Positions 53,509 through 64,000 of a stretch of DNA of 64,000 nt are shown piece by piece. Every line of letters starts with the position of its first letter. Positions within the stretch are counted from its first letter, which is position 1. The notes under the pieces were generated by a model that saw only the letters and a program-made list of their open reading frames with translations, had not been told where the DNA came from and ran no database searches. The stretch is from Eledone cirrhosa (taxonomy: Eukaryota): assembly GCA_964016885.1 (NCBI GenBank), contig OZ024752.1:21948001-22012000 (forward strand), in the 5' to 3' direction. Both the position numbers and the translations under genes were made by a program.

Positions 53509-54778
53509 TACATATAGCTTGAGTATATAATGTATGTATATATATATATATATATACGTACATTACATATAGCTTGTGTATATAATGTATGTATATATAT
53601 ATATACATACATTACATATAGCTTGTGTATATAATGTATGTATATATATATATACATACATTACATATAGCTTGTGTATATAATGTATGTATATATATAT
53701 ATATACACATTACATATAACTTGTGTATATAATGTATGTATATATATATATATATACATTACATATAGCTTGTGTATATAATGTATGTATATATATATAC
53801 GTACATTACATATAGCTTGCGTATATAATGTATATATATATATATACATTACATATGGCTTGTGTATATAATGTGTGTATATATATATATATACATACAT
53901 TACATATAGCTTCTGTATATAATGTATGTATATATATATACACATTACATATAGCTTGTGTATATAATGTATGTATATATATATATACATACATTACATA
54001 TAGCTTGTGTATATAATGTATATATATATATACATTACATATGGCTTGTGTATATAATGTGTGTATATATATATATATACATACATTACATATAGCTTCT
54101 GTATATAATGTATGTATATATATATACACATTACATATAGCTTGTTTATATAATGTATGTATATATATATATACATACATTACATATAGCTTGTGTATAT
54201 AATGTATATATATATATACATACATTACATATAGCTTGTGTATATAATGTATATATATATATACATACAATACATATAGCTTGTGTATATAATGTATGTA
54301 TATATATATATACATACATTACATATGGCTTGTGTATATAATGTATATATATATATATATACTCTTTACATATAGCTTGTGTATATAATGTATGTATATA
54401 TATATACATTACAGATAGCTTGTGTATATAATGTGTGTATATATATATATATACATACATTACATATAGCTTGTGTATATAATGTATGTATATATATATA
54501 CACATTACATATAGCTTGTGTATATAATGTATGTATATATATATATACATACATTACATATAGCTTGTGTATATAATGTATATATATATATACATACATT
54601 ACATATAGCTTGTGTATATAATGTGTGTATATATATATATATATATACATACATTACATATAGCTTGTGTATATAATGTATGTATATATATATATACATA
54701 CAGTACATATAGCTTGTGTATATAATGTATGTATATATATATATATATACACATTACATATAACTTGTGTATATAATG

Positions 54779-54838
<60 letters not shown>

Positions 54839-55022
54839 TATATACATTACATATAGATTGTGTATATAATGTATGTATATATATATATATATATACATTA
54901 CATATAGCTTGTGTATATAATGTATGTATATATATATATATATATATATACATTACATATAGCTTGTGTATATAATATATGTGTATATATATATACATTA
55001 CATATAGCTTGTGTATATAATG

Positions 55023-55074
<52 letters not shown>

Positions 55075-56139
55075 CATTACATATAGCTTGTGTATATAAT
55101 GTATATATATATATATACACACATTACATATAGCTTGTGTATATAGTGTGTGTATATATATATACATACATTACATATAGTTGGTATATATAATGTATAT
55201 ATATATATACATACATTACATATAGCTTGTGTATATAATGTATGTATATATATATATATACACTTTACATATAGCTTGTGTATATAATGTATGTATATAT
55301 ATATATACATACATTACATATAGCTTGTGTATATAATGTATGTATATATACATACATTACATATATCTTGTGTATATAATGTATATATATATATTCATAC
55401 ATTACATATAGCTTGTGTATATAATGTGTGTATATATATATATATATACATTACATATAGCTTGTGTATATAATGTATGTATATATATATACACATTACA
55501 TATAGCTTGTGTATATAATGTATGTATGTATATATATATATATATACATTACATATAGCTTGTGTATATAATGTATGTATATATATATATATATATACGT
55601 ACATTACATATAGCTTGTGTATATAATGTATGTATATATATATACATTACATATAGCTTGTGTATATAATGTATGTATATATATATATACATACATTACA
55701 TATAGCTTGTGTATATAATGTATATATATATATACATACATTACATATAGCTTGTGTATATAATGTATATATATATATATACACACATTACATATAGCTT
55801 GTGTATATAATGTGTGTATATATATATACATACATTACATATAGCTTGTATATATAATGTATATATATATATACATACATTACATATAGCTTGTGTATAT
55901 AATGTATGTATATATACATACATTACATATATCTTGTGTATATAATGTATATATATATATACATACATTACATATAGCTTGTGTATATAATGTGTGTATA
56001 TATATATATATATACATTACATATAGCTTGTGTATATAATGTATGTATATATATATATATACACATTACATATAACTTGTGTATATAATGTATGTGTATA
56101 TATATATATACATTACATATAGCTTGTGTATATAATGTA

Positions 56140-56191
<52 letters not shown>

Positions 56192-57003
56192 CATTACATA
56201 TAGCTTGTGTATATAATGTATATATATATATACACACATTACATATAGCTTGTGTATATAATGTGTGTATATATATATACATACATTACATATAGCTTGT
56301 ATATATAATGTATATATATATATATACATACATTAAATATAGCTTGTGTATATAATGTATGTATATTTATATATATATATATACATTACATATAGCTTGT
56401 GTATATAATGTATGTATATATACATACATTATATATAGCTTGTGTATATAATGTATATATATATATACATACATTACATATAGCTTGTGTATATAATGTA
56501 TGTATATATATATTATATAATGTATGTATATATATATACACATTACATATAGCTTGTGTATATAATGTATGTATATATATATATATATACACATTACATA
56601 TAGCTTGTGTATATAATGTATGTATGTATATATATATATACATTACATATAGCTTGTGTATATAATGTATGTATATATATATATATATATATACGTACAT
56701 TACATATAGCTAGTGTATATAATGTATGTATATATATATATATACATACATACAGCTTGTGTATATAATGTATGTATATATATATATACATTACATATAG
56801 CTTGTGTATATAATGTATGTATATATATATATACATACATTAAATATAGCTTGTGTATATAATGTATATATATATATACATACATTACATATAGCTTGTG
56901 TATATAATGTATGTATATATATATATATACATTACATATAGCTTGTGTATATAATGTATGTATATATATATACATACATTACATATAGCTTGCGTATATA
57001 ATG

Positions 57004-57037
<34 letters not shown>

Positions 57038-57068
57038 CGTTACATATACCTTGTGTATATAATGTATG

Positions 57069-57109
<41 letters not shown>

Positions 57110-57133
57110 TATATATAGCTTGTGTATATAATG

Positions 57134-57206
<73 letters not shown>

Positions 57207-57363
57207 TACATATAGCTTGTGTATATAATGTATGTATATATATATACATTACATATACCTTGTGTATATAATGTATGTATATATACATACATTAAATATA
57301 GCTTGTGTATATAATGTATGTATATATATATACATACATTATATATAGCTTGTGTATATACTG

Positions 57364-57400
<37 letters not shown>

Positions 57401-58375
57401 TACATATAGCTTGTGTATATAATGTATGTATATATTTATACATTACATATAACTTGTGTATATAATGTATGTATATATATATATATACATTACATATAGC
57501 TTGTGTATATAATGTATGTATATATATATACGTACATTACATATAGCTTGCGTATATAATGTATGTATATATATATATACATATATATATATATACATTA
57601 CATATAGCTTGAGTATATAATGTATGTATATATATATATATATACATACATTACATATAGCTTGTGTATATAATGTATGTATATATATATATACATACAT
57701 TACATATAGCTTGTGTATATAATGTATATATATATATACATTACATATAGCTTGTGTATATAATGTGTGTATATATATATATATACATACATTACATATA
57801 GCTTGTGTATATAATATATGTATATATATATACACATTACATATAGCTTGTGTATATAATGTATGTATATGTATATATATATACACATTACATATAGCTT
57901 GTGTATATAATGTATGTATGTATATATATATATATATATATACATTACATATAGCTTGAGTATATAATGTATGAGCTTGAGTATATAATGTATGTATATA
58001 TATATATATATACATACATTACATATAGCTTGTGTATATAATGTATGTATATATATATATATATACATACAGCTTGTGTATATAATGTATGTATATATAT
58101 ATACATTACATATAGTTTGTGTATATAATGTATGTATATATATATATATACATACATTATATATAGCTTGTGTATATAATGTATGTATATATATATATAC
58201 ATACATTACATATAGCTTGTGTATATAATGTATATATATATATACATACATTACATATAGCTTGTGTATATAATGTATGTATATATATATATATATATAT
58301 ACATTACATATAGCTTGTGTATATAATGTATGTATATATATATACATACATTACATATAGCTTGCGTATATAATG

Positions 58376-58418
<43 letters not shown>

Positions 58419-59357
58419 TATATATAGCTTGTGTATATAATGTATGTATATATATATACATACATTAAATATAGCTTGTGTATATAATGTATGTATATAT
58501 ATATACATACATTAAATATAGCTTGTGTATATAATGTATGTATATATATATACATACATTACATATAGCTTGTGTATATAATGTATGTATATATATATAC
58601 ACATTACATATAGCTTGTGTATATAATGTATATATATATATACATACATTACATATAGCTTGTGTATATAATGTATGTATATATATATATACATACATTA
58701 CATATGGCTTGTGTATATAATGTATATATATATATATATATACACTTTACATATAGCTTGTGTATATAATGTATCTATATATATATACATTACATATAGC
58801 TTGTGTATATAATGTGTGTATATATATATATATACATACATTACATATAGCTTGTGTATATAATGTATGTATATATATATACACATTACATATAGCTTGT
58901 GTATATAATGTATGTATATATATACATACATTACATATAGCTTGTGTATATAATGTAGGTATATATACATACATTACATATAGCTTGTGTATATAATGTA
59001 TATATATATATACATACATTACATATAGCTTGTGTATATAATGTGTGTATATATATATATATATACATACATTACATATAGCTTGTGTATATAATGTATG
59101 TATATTTATATATATATACATATTACATATAGCTTGTGTATATAATGTATGTATGTATATATATATATATATATACATTATATATAGCTTGTGTATATAA
59201 TGTATGTATATATATATATATATATATATATACATACATTACATATAGCTTGTGTATATAATGTATGTATATATATATATACATACAGTACATATAGCTT
59301 GTGTATATAATGTATGTATATATATATACACATTAGATATAACTTGTGTATATAATG

Positions 59358-59401
<44 letters not shown>

Positions 59402-60057
59402 CATTACATATAGCTTGTGTATATAATGTATGTATATATATATATATACATTACATATAGCTTGTGTATATAATGTATGTGTATATATATATACATTACA
59501 TATAGCTTGTGTATATAATGTATGTATATATATATATATACACATACATTACATATAGCTTGTGTATATAATGTATATATATATATATATACACACATTA
59601 CATATAGCTTGTGTATATAATGTGTGTATATATATATACATACATTACATATAGCTTGTATATATAATGTATATATATATATACATACATTACATATAGC
59701 TTGTGTATATAATGTATGTATATATATATATATATACACTTTACATATAGCTTGTGTATATAATGTATGTATATATATATATACATACATTACATATAGC
59801 TTGTGTATATAATGTATGTATATATACATACATTACATATAGCTTGTGTATATAATGTATATATATATATATATACATACATTACATATAGCTTGTGTAT
59901 ATAATGTGTGTATATATATATATATATATACATTACATATAGCTTGTGTATATAATGTATGTATATATATATACACATTACATATAGCTTGTGTATATAA
60001 TGTATGTATGTATATATATATATATATATACATTACATATAGCTTGTGTATATAATG

Positions 60058-60094
<37 letters not shown>

Positions 60095-60356
60095 GTACAT
60101 TACATATAGCTTGTGTATATAATGTATGTATATATATATATATACATACATACAGCTTGTGTATATAATGTATGTATATATATATATACATTACATATAG
60201 CTTGTGTATATAATGTATGTATATATATATATACATACATTACATATAGCTTGTGTATATAATGTATATATATATATACATACATTACATATAGCTTGTG
60301 TATATAATGTATGTATATATATATACATACATTACATATAGCTTGCGTATATAATG

Positions 60357-60423
<67 letters not shown>

Positions 60424-60451
60424 TACATATAGCTTGTGTATATAATGTATG

Positions 60452-60514
<63 letters not shown>

Positions 60515-60688
60515 TATATATAGCTTGTGTATATAATGTATGTATATATATATACATACATTAAATATAGCTTGTGTATATAATGTATGTATATATATAT
60601 ATATACATTACATATAGCTTGTGTATATAATGTATGTATATATATATATATATATATACATTACATATAGCTTGTGTATAAAATGTAT

Positions 60689-61926
60689 CATCATCATCAT
60701 CATCATCACCGTTTTACGTCCGTTCTTCCACGCTAGCATGGGTTAGACGGGTTGTCCTGTTGTGGGCAGTGTCTGGTCGGCTGACCATGCCTTGCTCATA
60801 CAGGAACTGATCTGGCTTGATTTCTACAGCTGGATGCCCTTCCTAACACCAACCTCATTTACAGTGAGTGCTGGGTGCTTTTTCGTGGCGCCTACACGTC
60901 CACTTTACAGTGTGGGCTGGGTGCTTTTTTGCCGTGGCACCTCCACGACCACCTTGCGGTGGGGGGGGGCATATTGTTTATATGCTTCAGCATGTACCCA
61001 TGGGAGGTCGGGTACCCTGTATTACTGCGTGACGCCAGAAGTCACGGTCGTGTGTCATTGACTTTGAGAGGTGTAGTTGGGTAAGGTCGGCTTTTATCAC
61101 CTCATCCCAAGTCATCTTGGGTCTCCCCACTCCGCGGTTTCCATCAACTTCTAGTGCTCTGCACCTTTTTATGCAGCTGTCATCCTTCATACGCATCACA
61201 TGTCCATACCAGCGTAACCGCCTCTCCTGCACGCAGCATTTGATTCCTCTTATGCTCAGTCTCTCTCTCAATTCATTTATGCTTTGTCGTTCACGTATAT
61301 TACTGTTACACATCCATCGGAGCATGCAGGCTTCGTTTCTCTCTAATCTACGTAAGTCTTCCACCTTCAGCGCCCAGGTCTCACTACCATGCAACATCGC
61401 TGTTCGGATACACGCATCATACAGTCTGCCTTTCATTCTGAGGGAGAAGCCTTTTGCAGCTAGCAGTGGTAGTAGTTCCCTAAACTTCTTCCATCCCGTT
61501 CTTACCCTAGTTATTGTACTTTCTGAGCACCCACCTCCGTTGCTAATTCGGTCACCTAGGTAGCAGAAGCTGTCTACTGTTTCTACAGGGCCCTCCCAGA
61601 GATTGGTGGTACTTGTTTCCTGTGGCTGTTTGCTTGCTGTTTCAGCACAGCTGCTGCATGTGAATCCTACATTCTTAATTAAGCTTCCTGAGATCCCGCT
61701 ACATCTCTTGTGTACCCATTGTTTGCATTTGGGGCAAAGAATGGAGTTCCTACCTACACCTTTCCTACATACTGAGCAAGGCCATTTCCCTGAGGGGATC
61801 TGGGTTCTGTTTTCTCGTCTACTTATAAGGACCTTAGTCTTTGTCATGTTGACTTTGAGGCCCTTTCTCTCTAGTCCCTGCTTCCAGGTTTGGAATTTAT
61901 TCTCTAGTTCTACCATAGATTCAGCT
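60689..61926 (-). mobile_element. RTE-clade LINE (subfamily C) 3' fragment in satellite, probable TSD ATGTAT
   Basis: Uninterrupted ~310-aa frame (GLKVNMTKTK, PHD-like cluster, YLG, SETWA, GRPKMTW) ending at 60987, then a 3' UTR and (GAT)n tail. ATGTAT occurs at 60683-60688 and 61927-61932. Confidence 0.92.
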
Positions 61927-62454
61927 ATGTATATATGTATATATATATACATACATTACATATAGCTTGTGTATAAAATGTATGTATATATATATATACA
62001 TACATTACATATAGCTTGTGTATATAATGTGTGTATATATATATATATATATAAATTACATATAGCTTGTGTATATAACGTATGTATATATATATACACA
62101 TTACATATAGCTTGTGTATATAATGTATGTATATATATACATTACATATAGCTTGTGTATATAATGTATGTATATATATATATACATACATTACATACAG
62201 CTTGTGTATATAATATATGTATATATATACATACATTACATATAGCTTGTGTATATAATGTATGTATATATATATATACATACATTACATATAGCTTCTG
62301 TATATAATGTATGTATATATATATATATACACATTACATATAACTTGTGTATATAATGTATGTATATATATATATATATACATTACATATAGCTTGTGTA
62401 TATAATGTATGTATATATATATACGTACATTACATATAGCTTGCGTATATAATG

Positions 62455-62513
<59 letters not shown>

Positions 62514-62939
62514 TACATATAGCTTGAGTATATAATGTATGTATATATATATATATATATACATACATTACATATAGCTTGTGTATATAATGTATGTATA
62601 TATATATATACATACATTACATATAGCTTGTGTATATAATGTATATATATATATACATTACATATAGCTTGTGTATATAATGTGTGTATATATATATATA
62701 TGCATACATTACATATAGCTTGTGTATATAATGTATGTATGTATATATATATATATATATATATATACATTACATATAGCTTGTGTATATAATGTATGTA
62801 TATATATATATATACATACATTACATATAGCTTGTGTATATAATGTATATATATATATATACATACATTACATATAGCTTGTGTATATAATGTATGTATA
62901 TATATATATATACACAACATATAGCTTGCGTATATAATG

Positions 62940-62978
<39 letters not shown>

Positions 62979-63110
62979 TACATATAGCTTGTGTATATAA
63001 TGTATGTATGTATATATATATATATATATATATATACATTATATATAGCTTGTGTATATAATGTATGTATATATATATACATACATTATATATAGCTTGT
63101 GTATATAATG

Positions 63111-63147
<37 letters not shown>

Positions 63148-63171
63148 TACATATAGCTTGTGTATATAATG

Positions 63172-63228
<57 letters not shown>

Positions 63229-64000
63229 TACCTATAGCTTGTGCAAATAATGTATGTATATATATATACATTACATATACCTTGTGTATATAATGTATGT
63301 ATATATACATACATTAAATATAGCTTGTGTATATAATGTATGTGTATATATATATATATACATTACATATAGCTTGTGTATATAATGTATATATATATAT
63401 ATATATATATACATACATTACATATAGCTTGTGTATAAAATGTATGTATATATATATATACATACATTACATATAGCTTGTGTATATAATGTATATATAT
63501 ATATACATACATTACATATAGCTTGTGTATATAATGTGTGTATATATATATATATATATACATTACATATAGCTTGTCTATATAATGTATGTATATATAT
63601 ATACACATTACGTATAGCTTGTGTATATAATGTATGTATATATATATATATACATACATTATATATAGCTTGTGTATATAATGTATGTATATATATATAT
63701 ACATACATTACATACAGCTTGTGTATATAATGTATGTATATATATACATACATTACATATAGCTTGTGTATATAATGTATGTATATATATATATACATAC
63801 ATTACATATAGTTTGTGTATATAATGTATGTATATATATATATACACATTACATATAACTTGTGTATATAATGTATGTATATATATATATACATTACATA
63901 TAGCTTGTGTATATAATGTATGTATATATATATACGTACATTACATATAGGTTGCGTATATAATGTATGTATATATATATATATATATACACTTTACATA

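Larger units (their letters stand above)
33872..64000 (+). repeat. Satellite array >30 kb, monomer CATTACATATAGCTTGTGTATATAATGTATG(TA)n(CATA), ~40-80 bp
   Basis: Hundreds of copies of a constant ~31-bp core with variable TA spacers. The array continues past the window end. Confidence 0.98.

Noticed and set aside
33791-64000. Hundreds of YIYI / [11 protein letters not shown] ORFs (also 27401-27958, 4072-4398)
   Set aside because: They are translations of (TA)n and satellite repeats that happen to lack stops. There is no coding signal.
33872-64000. CRISPR-like look (constant palindromic ~31-bp repeat with variable spacers)
   Set aside because: Spacers are only TA runs, there are no cas genes, and the context is eukaryotic.

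Overview
Eukaryotic, AT-rich, (TA)n-laden repeat landscape with no recognisable host gene. The SINE/RTE repertoire resembles a cephalopod (octopus-like) genome; this is an inference. Bases 1-33.9 kb are a nested stack of retroelements, mostly inserted in microsatellites. They include RTE-clade LINEs with (GAT)n tails and a PHD finger embedded in ORF2, Tx1/L1-clade LINEs, a CsRn1-like Gypsy relic, SINEs and several Penelope-like elements (PLEs). The best-preserved element is a 5'-truncated Naiad-like PLE (RT + GIY-YIG, open ORF of at least 634 aa). It carries 2.1-kb near-perfect inverted arms, each ending in a type I hammerhead ribozyme (HHR). Two more HHR folds and several degenerate ones occur nearby, and the same tail-out inverted duplication recurs five times at different scales. 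Bases 33.9-64 kb are a quasi-palindromic ~45-bp satellite with variable (TA)n spacers and multi-kb higher-order duplication. It hosts RTE insertions, tail-only insertion scars and two copies of a 608-bp non-autonomous element carrying a C2H2 micro-ORF. The YIYI-type ORFs in the supplied track are artefacts of the repeats.
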